DNA of 64,000 nt, from positions 4,898,001 through 4,962,000 of the forward strand of contig NC_043018.1 of NCBI RefSeq assembly GCF_006345805.1. The letters are read 5' to 3'. The translations under genes were made by a program, and so were the position numbers. The stretch comes from Octopus sinensis. Lineage: Eukaryota. The notes beneath the pieces were generated by a model, which saw only the letters and a program-made list of their open reading frames with translations, searched no databases and was not told the DNA's origin. This document shows, piece after piece, positions 1 to 13,192 of this stretch (its first letter is position 1; the number at the start of each line of letters is the position of its first letter).

Positions 1-1086
1 AGGATATATAAATAACAATTAGAGAAATAAATAATTAATAAGTAAATAAATAATTAGAATCTCCAATAGCGGACAGTCCACTTAAAGTAATCCGGGGTAA
101 ACGCCGCGCAAAATCCTGGATTACTCTGCCATCCTCAAGGCATGGAAAAGTGCCGTCTTCCAGTTTCTTTTTCCCTGCTCAGAGTCGGTCCATTCAGCCT
201 CTCCGGTCTCCATAATGAAATTAATAACTATACTCTGTTTCTGTATTGAGTTCTTTCACTTGTATCACAGAGAAATGTATTTGTTACAATATGTTTTAAA
301 TGATATTACTGCACACACACACACATACACATACACGCACTTAATACATACTTAATGAGTAATTTTGTCTCTGACTTACAATGGTGGCGATGGCGGTGGT
401 GGTGGTCACGATGGTAGTGGAGAAGGCGGCGGTGGAGGTGGTGAGCGAAGAAAGGGGTGTGTGTGTGGGGGGGTCGTTTACATTATTGTCATTGGCTGTT
501 GTTATTTTTGTGTTCTTGTTTGCACAACAATTAACAGAACTTCGTAAAAGCCATGGAATGGGAAGGAGAGGGTGTAGGAGGAGAAATGTGTAGGGTTGGC
601 ATTGGTGGTAGAGGTGATGGTGGTGTGGTGGTGTTGATGTAGAGAAATGTAGCGATAGAAGAGGAGACTGAAGAGAGAGAGAGAGAGAGATGATGGATCA
701 CGTGTCTAAACGGACCCTCTTTTTCTTGTGTTTTGCAGCAAAACTGAATTAAGAGTAGTTTGACGTACGATTCATCACCGGACTTTAACCAACACAAAAA
801 ACCACACATAAAAACAACTACTATTACTGCTACTACATAATTTACTTTTTAATCCTCCTCCTCCTCCTCCTCCTCCTCCTGCCATCCACCAAGTCATCCC
901 CACCATGTAACATCCCACCCACCACCACCTTTTCCATTTGTTTGTTTTGGTTAGATGTGAAGGAGGGCTGAATGGGTTGAGTGGCGTCGGTATGTGGTTA
1001 GCCATTCTGTAAAACACACACACACACGTACGCATACACACACACACGTACGCATACACGCACGCACACACACACGCACACGCGCA

Positions 1087-1134
<48 letters not shown>

Positions 1135-1156
1135 CGCACACACACACACGCATGCA

Positions 1157-1196
<40 letters not shown>

Positions 1197-1448
1197 CACA
1201 CGCATGCACGCACACACACACACGCATACACACACACGCACACACACACACGCACACACACACACACACACGCATGCACGCACACCATCGGTCATCTGCT
1301 TTTCTCCACTCATCCAGCGTTGAGGTCGTAGGTTCCGCAAGAACGAGCGATTTTGCTGGTTGCATTAATGGTGGTGGCGAAGATGGTGGTGGTGACGGTA
1401 GTGAACGAAATGAAGTTTGGTGATGATGATGATGCTTTCTATTGTGGA

Positions 1449-1644
1449 CACAAGGCCTGAAACTTTGGGGGAGGGGGATGAGTCGTTTACATCGACCCCA
1501 CTGTTCAACTAGTGCTTATTTTATCGATCTCGAGAGGATGAAAGGCAAAGTCGACTTCGGCAGAATTTGAACTCAGGGCGTAAAGACGGACGAAATGCCG
1601 TTAAGCGTTTTGTCCGGTGTGCTAACGTTTCCGCCAGCTTGCCT
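1449..1644 (-). mobile_element. tRNA-derived SINE, main family
   Basis: Reverse complement of ctggcagaatcgttagcac...gagttcaaattc...gactttgcctttcatcc...gtcgataaaataagcac. Confidence 0.85.
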
Positions 1645-1676
1645 TAGTTATTCTAGATAATATTAGCAGAGGAACG

Positions 1677-1870
1677 AAGGCAGCGAACTAGCAGAATCAT
1701 TAACACGCCGGACGAAATGTTTAACAGCATTTCTTCCGTCTTAACGTCCTGAGTTACCTTTCATCCCTTTCAGGGTCGATAAAATAAGTACCACCTGAGC
1801 ACTGGGGGTCGTCGTTATCAACTAGCCCCCTCCTCCTAAAATTTCAGGCCTTATATCTACAGGAGAAAGA
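1677..1870 (+). mobile_element. tRNA-derived SINE, main family
   Basis: gcagaatcattaacacgccgg...cctttcatccctttcagggtcgataaaataagtacc...aaatttcaggcctt. Confidence 0.85.
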
Positions 1871-2097
1871 GAGGGAACATTTATTTCGATTTAAACGTGG
1901 GTGTTCTGTCAGGACAAGTCATGCTGCGGTAGTTACCATGGCTTTGTTTATAAACCCATACGAGAGTTTCTCATAAGGTAACGACCGCGGTATTGTTCGT
2001 TCCAACAGAACATCCGCGATTAAGTGGGGATAAAATATTAGCAGCCCTAGGTATTGCCTCTGTCGCTAATAACAGTTGAAAGGAATAATGACGGGGC

Positions 2098-2280
2098 AAG
2101 ATTAGTCGATGCTATCCACCCAGTATTTTACTCGTATCTTATTTTGTCGATCCTGTACGGAATAAAATGCGAAGTTATCATCAACGGAATTTGAACCCAG
2201 AAAGAGTCAACGGCTTGGGCGATTACTGCAAAATAATCTGTCCGACATTCTAACGATTCCGCCAATTGGCTGCTTTTTAA
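2098..2280 (-). mobile_element. tRNA-derived SINE, main family, diverged
   Basis: Same head and core motifs on the minus strand. Confidence 0.75.
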
Positions 2281-2548
2281 TCCTTTCATATGCAAAGGCG
2301 TAAATGGAATCTCTCTCACTCTCTCTCTCTCGTTCTCTCTCTCGGTCGCTCTCTCACACGTATGCATATATCTATAGACATATACGTGTGCACACAAATG
2401 AACATGTGCGTATGTATATGTTCATGCAAGCGTGCACATATATATATAAAAACATGACATTCATACATACATATACATACACACACAAGCGTGTGTGCAT
2501 GAATGTCTCAGTCTATACACGTGTTATGTGTGTATGTATGTATGTATG

Positions 2549-2584
<36 letters not shown>

Positions 2585-2616
2585 TAGATAGATAGATAGA
2601 CAGATATATGACATAT

Positions 2617-2664
<48 letters not shown>

Positions 2665-3047
2665 GTGTGTGTGAGTGTGAAGGCAGGCGCGCTTGTGTGT
2701 ATGTGTGAGTGTGTGCCTATATGCAATTTCAACGCAGACCGTCACATACACAGTTTCGTCCAATTAAGATCGGCTGATGAAGGCCTACGGAAATCAATTA
2801 GCGCAATGTATTGTGGGATACTCTGATAAAGCGCAAGTGTGATTGTTCACAGCTCAAGCCTGTTCTCCTCTAACCAATGACGCCGCTTCTTGTGTGCTTC
2901 AAGTACATATGGCTGCTTGGGTCCAGGTGTGTGAGTGTGTGTAGAGATGCGTGTATTAATGCGTGTGTGTGTGTGTAGTAATTTCTGTTCTGGAAGTATA
3001 TCAGCTTGATCTAAGTCGCGATTGTCTCCTGACGTGTGTTTGAGGTA

Positions 3048-3116
<69 letters not shown>

Positions 3117-3177
3117 CATAGATCGGCTATTACGAATGCATTATGCACATACACATGTCATAAAAGTAATGTGTATA

Positions 3178-3218
<41 letters not shown>

Positions 3219-4621
3219 GTGTGTGTGTGTGAGAGAGTGAATGCAAGATGTACACACGCGTAACACGCATATATATAAACACATAAATACACACACACGT
3301 ATGCAATTGTGTAAACCTAACTATAAATACAATTCGTAGCATGAACGTCTGAATGCAAGTATTTGTCTGCGAGTGTGGTTGAGAGCGAAATTTTGTCATA
3401 TCTTAGTTTAGTGGGGAGGGGTGGGGTCGTTATCCTTGTTATTTGTTGGCTTAACCAGAATGGTGAGAGGGATTCTTGGAATGGTCAACTTCAGCATGTG
3501 TTATGTGATGTCTTGCGGGGAATCTTTGGGTAGAACTGGAAACTCAGTTTGTTGACCTGGGTATAGAAGAGGAGTCAGGTTCGAAAATTAATGGCAGCGA
3601 GAATATAAAAAAAAAAAAAAAGACGATGTGACACATTTAACTGCTTTCTCTGACGCGAAATATTTCATTAGTTCTAAGAGAGGTATTCCACATTAATTAA
3701 TTTCATGTTTTAATAACAATGTTATTCTGTATGAGGCTGATGATGATATAATAAGAAAAATATTGTTGAAAAGGCGTCAATTTTGAAAAATGTGCTGGTG
3801 GGGGTGCGGCCGCTCCCCTCGGTCCCCTAATAACTACCCCATGCCTGGGTATGATAGATCGGGTTAAGTAGCCACGGCTGTAAAGGTGATGCGATGATGG
3901 GGGGACGGGTGGGCATTGAAGGGTATGTCATACAACTACCTTGCTCAGAGAAGCCGAGGAAGTTGGTGGCGCCTTTCAAGAAAGGGGAGATAATTTCACA
4001 AAGAGTGCTTGGCTGTTCCAATGCCTTAGCCTCGCCATCACCCGTCGTAACACCGCGAACCATGTTGGCTTCCCTCAGTGGGTTCCGTCGTAACTTGTAA
4101 TTTGGGCACTGAAGGTAAAAGTGATGCTTTTTTCCGTTCATATTTGTGTTTTCTTCGGTTTTAGATTTGCATTTTAATGTGTTTTCTATTATATATTTAT
4201 CATAAAAAAAAGTGTATATGTTTCAAAAACAATTAAGAATTTCTCAAGTTAAGTCACATGCTTATAGTAAAGACAGTTAAGAATTTCTCAAGTTAAGTCA
4301 ATTTCTTTATTAACGATGAGGTTGAGAAAAAGAGGGGACGATACTTGGACAGACAAAACAAACATTGGGGTCAGGGTATCGAATGAGACGAAATATATGA
4401 ATGAACAATTATAATATATACAATTAAATGAGAATGAGTGATTTACAAAAAAATGAAGCGGAGGACGCGGTCGACCCCACAAACCACAGACTCACATGCT
4501 TAGAGTAAAGACAATGTGTCATTTGTTTGCAAACAGCGATTCCATATTCGTTTATTATGTCGTAGTGATTTCCTACGTTTGTACGGCGTCAGGAATTTCC
4601 TGATGGTGGTGGTGAGGCGAC

Positions 4622-4740
4622 TGTTGGTTCTAATCTAGCATAGTATTTGACTGGTACTTACTTTATCGACCCTCGAAGAATGAAAACGATGTGGATTTCG
4701 GCGAGATTTGAACTCTAAGCGGAAAAGTTTCCTAACTAAA
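4622..4740 (-). mobile_element. SINE fragment, main family
   Basis: ggtacttactttatcgaccc...gagatttgaactc. Confidence 0.7.
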
Positions 4741-4852
4741 CATCACTAATCATTCTGGTTGACGCTCAAACGATTCTCTCTGTCCGCTTCATCTGCTACA
4801 TTGCCTAAATGTATGTCCCCTCTACAAAACGTATATATTGCTATATATATTG

Positions 4853-4900
<48 letters not shown>

Positions 4901-5168
4901 TATACAAGTGTGAGTGGACAAACGAAAGAATGGCACTCAACCAATTTCTTGTGAGTTACATGTATGGATCAAAATAGTTTCGTTGGTACTCTTGAGTTTC
5001 AAGCGTGATGCTAGTCGTCAGCCATTTTGAATTTGAATCAAACTGTTTTCATACATACACTCATACATACATACATACATACATACATACACACGCACAT
5101 ACATACATGCATGCATGCATACATACAAACATAGTTACATATATAATACACATATACATACATACATA

Positions 5169-5889
5169 TCTATATTTATAAAGCTGAAGTTGTCTGTGTG
5201 TATGGCAGGTTTGGTAGCCTTCAACTAACACTATCTCCTCCGAGATCCTGCGGCGCAAGTTGACCAAATTTGAGAGTATGATAGAAGAAGGCTTGCTCTT
5301 CATTCCGTAGAAGAAAAAATTCAAATCGGACCATGTTAAGACCAAAAATTATTTATATCAAAAAGATCCTTTTTTTTCTATGAAAATCCCTATTTTTTAC
5401 GATCTTTTGACTGCTGTGTCGCCATTTTTCGGTGTATTTCAACCAGAAAAACGTTCACTTAAAGAGAATAGCAAGCTACTTATAGGAAAATTTTTACTTT
5501 TCAAAAATTCCAATTCTAAAGTGTCGAAATTAATTTTTTTTGTGATGTCATTGGTTTTGAGCGAACGACGGATTTTCCTGTACTTTTTCTAAGTGAATTC
5601 TGTTGCAGTTTTAACTTCTAAATAGATTTTCAGTGCAGTTCGAAACTTGAGCTTGATTTTGCTTTAAATCTACGGGTAATTTTTTTCTCGATAATGTTAA
5701 TAGAAGGAATATTAACCAACAATGCCAACGATTGAAGTCGGCATTGCACATTTGCAGCACATTTAGAGCAAACTCGAGCATCGCCACTCTAGATTGAAAC
5801 TATGTCAAAACTTTGTTAACGCAGCATCAAAGTCTGCCGTTTTAAGCGCAACTAAAAAACAAACCCGAGCAACGCTGGGCTATACTGTA

Positions 5890-5890
<1 letters not shown>
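5169..5890 (+). mobile_element. Non-autonomous Helitron
   Basis: 5' a|TC start, subterminal hairpin cccgagcaacgctggg (5864-5879), 3' gtag|t end. Both ends are homologous to the copy at 29311-29618. Confidence 0.8.
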
Positions 5891-5933
<43 letters not shown>

Positions 5934-6012
5934 TATATAATATATATATATATATATTATATATTATATATATAATATATATATATATATATTATATTAC
6001 ATACATATATAT

Positions 6013-6079
<67 letters not shown>

Positions 6080-6191
6080 TATATATAATATAATATATAT
6101 ATATATATATATATAATATAATATTATATGTATTATAATATAATATATATAATATATATAATATATAATAGGTATATATATATATAATAAC

Positions 6192-6249
<58 letters not shown>

Positions 6250-6282
6250 TATATATACATACTAATATATATATATATTATA

Positions 6283-6315
<33 letters not shown>

Positions 6316-6891
6316 CTATATATATATTATTATATATATATAACATATATATATTATATATATATATATATATACATTATATATTATATATATAATATAT
6401 TATATATATATTATATATATATATTATATAGATAATATTATATATACATATATACATATATATTATATATATATATATATTATATATATACATATATATT
6501 ATTATATATATATTATATATTATATATATACATATATATATATTATATATATATATATTATATATATAATATATATATTATATATATATATATATATTAT
6601 ACATATATAATATATTATATATATATATATATATATATACATATATATATTATATATATTATATTATATATATATACATATATATTATTATATATATATA
6701 TTATATATATATACATATATATCTATATTATATATATATACATATATATATATTATATATATATATTATAGATATATATACAATATATATAATATATATA
6801 TATATTATATTATATATATATATATATTATATATATTATATGATATATATATTATATATATATATATATATATAATATATTATTATATATA

Positions 6892-6937
<46 letters not shown>
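5891..6937. repeat. ~1-kb degenerate (TA)n microsatellite
   Basis: Almost pure A/T dinucleotide array. Confidence 0.95.
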
Positions 6938-6941
<4 letters not shown>

Positions 6942-7149
6942 GATTATAATCAAAGTAAGCAAGAAGGATATCCTTGTTGCCTATTTGATTATAATCACCC
7001 CATTTTGAATTATATGGATAATACCATACCAAATTCTGGTGCCTTTAACTTAAGTACCATATTCATCTGAATCTAAATTTTACTGAACTTATATGTATAT
7101 ATATTTCGAACGTGGATCCAGTCTTCCCTGCCCAAAGAATTTCCTGGTA

Positions 7150-7322
7150 AACTCTTCCAGGTAAATTTTTACAGCCTCTTCAGAGTTGAAGGTCTATCCA
7201 TTCAAGGAATTCTGAAGAGACCGAAACAGGTGGAAATCTGAGGGTGCAAAACTTTCCAGGCAGACCCCAGTAACTTCTGCCGCGTCTGGTATTGTCGTGA
7301 TGAAAGACAATACCCTTTTATA
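7150..7322 (-). mobile_element. Mariner transposase relic
   Basis: The minus strand reads GIVFHHDNTR...APSDFHLFRSLQNSLNG.TFNSEEAVK, i.e. mariner HDNARPH and the tail of the YSPDLAPSD motif. Confidence 0.8.
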
Positions 7323-8550
7323 GAAAAAGATGTACTGGGGTCGATTTATTTGCGGCTAAAATCCTTCAAGGCGGTGCCCCAGCATGACCATGTGTGTGTA
7401 TGTGCGCATGTATGCATGTGTACATGTGTATGTATATTTTTGTTTGCGTATGTATGTGTGTGATGTGGTATTTGTGTGTGTATGTATTTGTTTGCTTGTG
7501 TATGTGTGTGCGTGCGCGTGTGTGTGTGTTTCAGAAAGCAGCAGTGGCCAGGCCAGGCCATAATAGGGTTTGGTTCCTTCAGGTTTAAGGGGCCTGAAAT
7601 AGGCCGTGCTCACGACGATATCCCTACCACTTGATCAGGAATTAACGGACCAAGTGAAAACAATGTTTAAATTTCAAGGTGCCTCTACGTAGTTTCTAAA
7701 GTTGCTAGAAATAGCAACAAAATCTACCCCAATCACGCCTTATCATTTGAAAAAAATACAAGGAGACATATTATATAGTGTAGTCGTTAAAGACGAGATG
7801 GCCACCTTTGGAAAGCTTTTTATTATGCTTGTTGGACCGATGTTGACCTGGCTTAAATACAACCGTAACAACCTTGTTTCTCTTCCGATGATCCCTGTCT
7901 GCCTATCTGTCCGTGTGTCTCTCTATCTCCATCTCTTTCTTCTCTCTCTCTCTCTCTTACTCCGCCCTCCTCTCTAACCTTTGACACACTAAATGAAAGA
8001 GGACCCCCCTGCCCCTCCAACCACCTTTAAATGGCAGATGTCACTTTCTGAGGGATTAGCATTGCATTATATCTGACAGCCATTGGTAAGGAAGGAACGA
8101 ATGGTGCTGCCAGTGGTGGTGGAGGTGGTAGTATGAGTATTACTGTTGGCGGCGGCGGTGGTGGTGGTGGTGGTGGTGGTAGTTGCAGTATTATTGTTGT
8201 GGAGTTGGAGGCAATGGTGGTGTTAGTGGTATTGACATTGATGGTATTGGTGGAGATGATAGTAGTGATGGTGATGGTGGTAGTAGTGGTACTTTTAGTA
8301 TTAGTAGTATTGGTATTGGTGCAGGTGGTGGTGATGGTGTGTTGCTTACGATGGCCGTTGTGGTGGTAGTAGTGGTAGTAGCATTGTTGCTGGTGAATTT
8401 GGAGGTAGTCGGGGGCGGTTGTAGTATTGGTGGTGGTGATGATGGTGGTGGTGTGTAGAGTTTGCTGTAGTATGGGTAGTAGTAGTGGTAGTGCTATTAT
8501 CTGTCCTGTTAGATTGTGAATCTTGTTAATAATGTTGGTGAAGCATTATA

Positions 8551-8924
8551 AAGCGGCCAACTGGCAGAATCGTTAGCACGCCGGACGAAAGGCTTAGCGG
8601 CATTTCGTCCGTCTTTACGTTCTGAGTTCAAATTCTGCCGAGGTCGGCTGTGCCTCTCGTCCTTTCGGGGTCGATAAATCAAGTATCAGTTGAGTGTGCG
8701 TGTGTGTGTATGTTTGTGTGTCTCCCACCACCACCACCACCACCACTTGACAACCGGTCTTGTGTTTACGTTCCCATGACTTAGTAGATCGGCCAAAGAG
8801 AGCGATGGGATAAGAATCAGGCTTAAAAGAAAAACAAGGACTGCAGTTGATTCATTCGGCTAAAAACTCTTCAAGGCGGTGCCCCAGCATGGCCACAGTG
8901 TAATGATTGAAACAAGTAAAAGAT
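8551..8924 (+). mobile_element. Long-form SINE with LINE-derived 3' tail
   Basis: tRNA-like head, core and GT-rich spacer, ending cttcaaggcggtgccccagcatggccacag...tgaaacaagtaaaaga. Confidence 0.85.
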
Positions 8925-8934
8925 ATAAATGTAT

Positions 8935-8977
<43 letters not shown>

Positions 8978-9461
8978 ACACACACACACAAAAGGTATCC
9001 CAGAAGCGTATACATGCATTGATGCATTGAATAATCATAAAGTCAGTTTTTTTCCAAAAATGCGTTTGGTTTTTAATATTTCATGGAATCTAAGCACAGA
9101 ATTAAAATTCCTTTCAACGATTCTCTGTTTTGAAATTCGTGACCATTCTGGTCCAGGCGCTGCTGATAACTCGAATTGCAAACATCAAGAAATATTTCGT
9201 TCGGTATTTGAGTGCTTTCTCATTTAATGGCTGTCCTCAAGTCGTCGACTGTTGAAGGTTTTGCACCGAAAACTTAAGCATTCTCAGAAAACTATTTTAT
9301 GGTATGAGGTCTGGTGAACGCAGTGGGTATTGTACTGAACCTCTTCGGCAATCGACTTGTTTGGTAAAATCGCATCAAAGTTGGTCTTACATTACAAGAT
9401 GCTCCGCCTTGCTGGAAAGAAAACTCCACTTCTTCAAAACAATCTTGGTTAGAAAGTGTGC

Positions 9462-9615
9462 AACTTCCTTACGTTCTGAGTTCGAAGTCTACCAGGTCAA
9501 CTTTACCTTTCGTCCTTTAGCGGTCAATAAAATAAGCACCAGTTAAGCACTGGCGTCGATGTAATGGCCTAGCCCCCGCTCCCGCAAAAATTGCCGGCGT
9601 CCTGCGTTTAGTAGA
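9462..9615 (+). mobile_element. SINE fragment, main family
   Basis: ttacgttctgagttcgaag...cctttcgtcctttagcggtcaataaaataagcaccag. Confidence 0.75.
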
Positions 9616-10229
9616 AAAGAATATTACGTAGCTATTTGGTTGGAAGTTAGTTTTCCATTACAGCAACTCTTCCAGATTCAGTTCGCTTATAATTCCGAAC
9701 CCTTAATGCTCAAAGTCATTTCAAGTGTTTATCTTGGATAGCTATATAGACCCCAGGGGTGAACATTAACCATTTTGCCAACCCAGATCTAGAGTACTGC
9801 TGCTAATGAAGGAAAGAAAGCTCGAGTGTTTTTAAAGAAATCCCGTTTTTAAATGTTTAAAATTACTGCTAACTACAAGGTCTAATTATGATTCATTGGC
9901 CTTACTGACGTAAACTGGCCAAATTACTGAGGTTTTTTTTATGTCTACAGAACACAAACTACCGATAATGACATGTTGCTAATCTGCAGTTGTTTTGAAA
10001 TCCCTTGGCTGGCTGCGAATCTAAATAAAACCGCGTGAAAGAGCGATCTAACGGAGCAAAATAAACAGAATGCACCATGGGACACCGGCTGAGTGTTTAC
10101 TTATGTCAGCGGTTGCAAGTGGTGAGTGGTGTATGTTAGCGAAGTTTGCTGCGCTGTTATTTTATGTTAAAAGTTTGTAACATTTTTTTTCCACTTAAAT
10201 ATTCATAAAGACCGGTGGATTGGCAGATT

Positions 10230-10365
10230 TTTTGTTTTCAAATTCAACCGAGGCCAATTTTATCTTTTATCGTTTCGAGGTCTGTAAAATAAAGTGCCAG
10301 TGAAATACTGGGCCGTCTGCAATCAATTAACCCTTATCACTAATATCTGGCTGGTGTTTATATTA
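10230..10365 (+). mobile_element. Diverged SINE fragment, main family
   Basis: ttcaaattcaaccgaggccaat...taaaataaagtgccagt. Confidence 0.55.
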
Positions 10366-10675
10366 TAAACAATTATTCTAATGTACTTAGACTCAGGGTT
10401 GGGCCATTCTATGTTTTGAGAAGCAGAAAATGGTAAGCTTCTTCGATTGTGATCGGTCTGCTGTCGTTTTGTGAACTGGTTTTTGCAAGTTTGAAATCTT
10501 CCTACCGAAATGTCTGGATAGATTTAAATTTTCGCTATTAATTTCGTTAAGTATTTTCATTAACTTTCTTTAAATATTTCTTATTAAAAAGTGGTAACGG
10601 ACACAAACGAACGAGGTAATTAACGTTTTTAAAACAGGAAATTCTTTTATCAATACAACAGTTTGATTTATTAAG

Positions 10676-10790
10676 TTAGCGAGGTGGCAGAGTCGTTTGC
10701 GAGTCGGGCAAAAGGCTTATTGGTTTTTCGTCCATCTTTATGTTCTGAGGTCAATTTAACTTTTCATTCTTTCGGGGTCAATAAAGCAGA
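10676..10790 (+). mobile_element. SINE fragment, main family
   Basis: gcgaggtggcagagtcgttt...cttttcattctttcggggtcaataaa. Confidence 0.7.
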
Positions 10791-10985
10791 AATGAATTTA
10801 TTTTAGATTTGCTCATTTGTGATTCGATCTTGTCAATTGCTTTCAAGGATAATTGCTTTGAATGAATCCAACACTTCCCATCTTTCACTGCCACACACAA
10901 CACTTGGCATAATTATTGCACCATACAGTCGCATCTTTACGTTTACACGAGTGGTTATTGTTTTAATATTCCCTCTGAAACGTCA

Positions 10986-11110
10986 CGTAGTGTAGTGGTA
11001 AAGTTGCTGGAATTTCGATCGTATGTTTGCAGGTTCAATTCCTAGATCCGATAACGCCTTATGTCCCGGGAGAAGGCATTCATTTCACGTTGCCCTCAAC
11101 TGCAAATAAG
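10986..11110 (+). mobile_element. tRNA-derived SINE, second family
   Basis: gtagtgtagtggtaaag...gcaggttcaattcct...catttcacgttgcc. Confidence 0.6.
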
Positions 11111-11744
11111 TGTCGCCTGCTGTCGACTGACTCTTCATAGACTAATCATCTCAAATCTTAAACGATAAGAAGGGGCTGCATGGATGTGTGTGTGTCAAAC
11201 GGGCAACACACAAACAAACAAAAAATCTCTATTTCTTAATGGTCATATATTTATTTCCACTTTAAATAAGTAGAAAAACCATAATAATTCACTTTCCTTT
11301 GCACCCGGCGTGAGCATGAATTCGTTTGAGATTCCTGCATTGCTGTTGTCAAATGTACAAATGAGGCAAAATAGGTGCATTTCTTCCACTCAAAGGTTGT
11401 CTGAGTCTCACTTTCTTCTATGCTGTCTCGATCCTCATCAGCATCTGTCTCATCTGATGATGGAAGAAGTCAGAAAAGACTTCTTCATCTCTGTAGAAAT
11501 CTTCCAACTTTGCAACTTGATTTCAATTATTGATAAGGGTCGCCCACGCTTTGGCGCATTTGACGAAGTTGACTCTCGGGCGTCAATTGACGATGGCCGT
11601 ATGCATGTAGAATTCTTGGGACACCAACTGATGATGTCCGCCGTCGAAGGGCGAAATCAGCTTCTCAAATATATCTGTAAGTCTCAGTAGAAAATGTTGA
11701 GTTGTAGGACAGTAGTATAGTAGTAATAGGTCGCTCTTGGGGTC

Positions 11745-11980
11745 TAGAACTCACCAGGCTGGCTTCCATTGGTGCGTAAGTGACCGAGACCACATCAGTG
11801 TCCTCGAATGGAACGCCAATCAGTCGCAGGGTGGTCCGTTTTGCAGCTGAGTGGACTGGAGCAACGTGAAACGAAGTGTTTTTTTTCTTCTCACGAACAT
11901 AACGCACCACCCACTTCAGGAACTGAAATCACGATCTACTGACCTGAGTGCAACACCCTAACCACTTGATCACACGCATT
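11745..11980 (-). mobile_element. tRNA-derived SINE, second family
   Basis: Minus strand gtggttagggtgttgcactc...gatcgtgatttcagttcctg...aacacttcgtttcacgttgctccagtccactcagctg. Confidence 0.75.
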
Positions 11981-12688
11981 CGATAGGATCGTGGGACTAA
12001 TATGAAGGGTTTTTTCGCTGTTCTGCATTGCGATTTTTAATATTGTAAATTATAGGGTGATACATTTCAGAGATTATTGTTGTTGTTTAAGACAGCCTCT
12101 GGTTTTAAAGGTTAAAACAGCTTCCTATATAGCCAACATATAAGTTATAAACAACATCTATTTCAACACAAGATCGAGACAGGGAGAATGAAATAACACG
12201 AACGAAGGTGATTGTGAAAACGAGACTTTGAGAACGAGTTTACAAGAAGGAGACAAGAAGAACGAAACAATGAGAACGAGATTATGAGAATGAGAAAAAT
12301 AAGAAAGAGATAAGGAGACGAGGAAAACGTGAAAAGAAGAATGAAGACGATTAGGAAAATGAGATGTGGAGAATGAGGGAAGAAGAAGGAAGTTCTAAGA
12401 TCGAGAATGAGACAATGAGAATGAAAAGGAGACAATGAGAATGAGAATGAGAGCTTAGATTAAAGAGAATAATCATAGATTGAGTAATATGAAGTGTCCT
12501 CTTCTTTCTGACTGTAGGACATCACGTGACTGAAAGTGCTAATCCGACGTGTTGATAGGATGTCAGCGTTGATAATCTGGCTAAAGAGGATGTCATATGG
12601 AATAGTTTAGGGCACTTAAGAATTAGAAAGGGTTGGGCATTAGGATGAGGTGGAGGAGTTTAAAGAAACGAGAAGAGCGAGAATAAAA

Positions 12689-12728
<40 letters not shown>

Positions 12729-12994
12729 AGAGAGATGAAAGAAAATAAAAAGACAAATCGCGAACACTAAACAATGAAGAAAAAGAAGAAAACAATGAAA
12801 AAATAAGAGAAGAAGAAAAAGAGAAAAGAGAAGAAGAAGAAGGAGGAGGAGGAGGAGGAGGAGGAGAGATGTGGAAGAAAGAGACGAAACAAGAAAATGA
12901 TGGAGAAGATAAAAAAAGACGACTATGAATATGAAGAAATAAAAAAAAGCTAAACAAAAAAGGTAGGCGACAACCTCAACAAGAACAACAATAA

Positions 12995-13192
12995 TATCGG
13001 TTTCGAATTTTGGCACAAGGCCAGCAAGTTCGGGGTAGGGGGTAAGTCAAGTACATCAACCCCCGGTGCTCCATCTCGAATGGATGAAAGGCAAAGTCGA
13101 TCTCAGCGGAATTTGAACTCAGAACACGAAGACGGACGAAATGCCGCACAGCATTTTGCCTGGCGTCCTAACGATCCTGCCAGCTCACCACC
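12995..13192 (-). mobile_element. tRNA-derived SINE, main family
   Basis: Full head-core-tail on the minus strand, next to an (AAC)n run. Confidence 0.85.

Noticed and set aside
775-1365. CA-repeat ORFs (VCVC/HTHT), representative of most ORFs in the supplied track
   Set aside because: Translations of di-, tri- and tetranucleotide microsatellites.
2770-2800. CTGATGA-aggcctacg-GAAA
   Set aside because: Stem II and stem III do not pair.
4970-5045. Minus-strand CTGACGA...GAAA closed by an 8-bp stem
   Set aside because: It lacks the NUH cleavage site and a third stem, so it cannot form a hammerhead.
7208-7232. CTGAAGA-gacc-GAAA hammerhead-like core
   Set aside because: No stem II. It is the antisense of the mariner FHLFRSLQN coding motif.
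9030-9450. Possible further mariner/Tc1 relic
   Set aside because: No diagnostic motif or TIR could be read with confidence.
11665-11920. Apparent spliced exon FLKWVVRYVREKKK...YAPMEASL with AG and GTGAGT boundaries (TIMP-like look)
   Set aside because: The sequence is a tRNA-derived SINE on the minus strand (A/B-box head, family body shared with 10986 and 49885). The ORF and splice-like sites are incidental.
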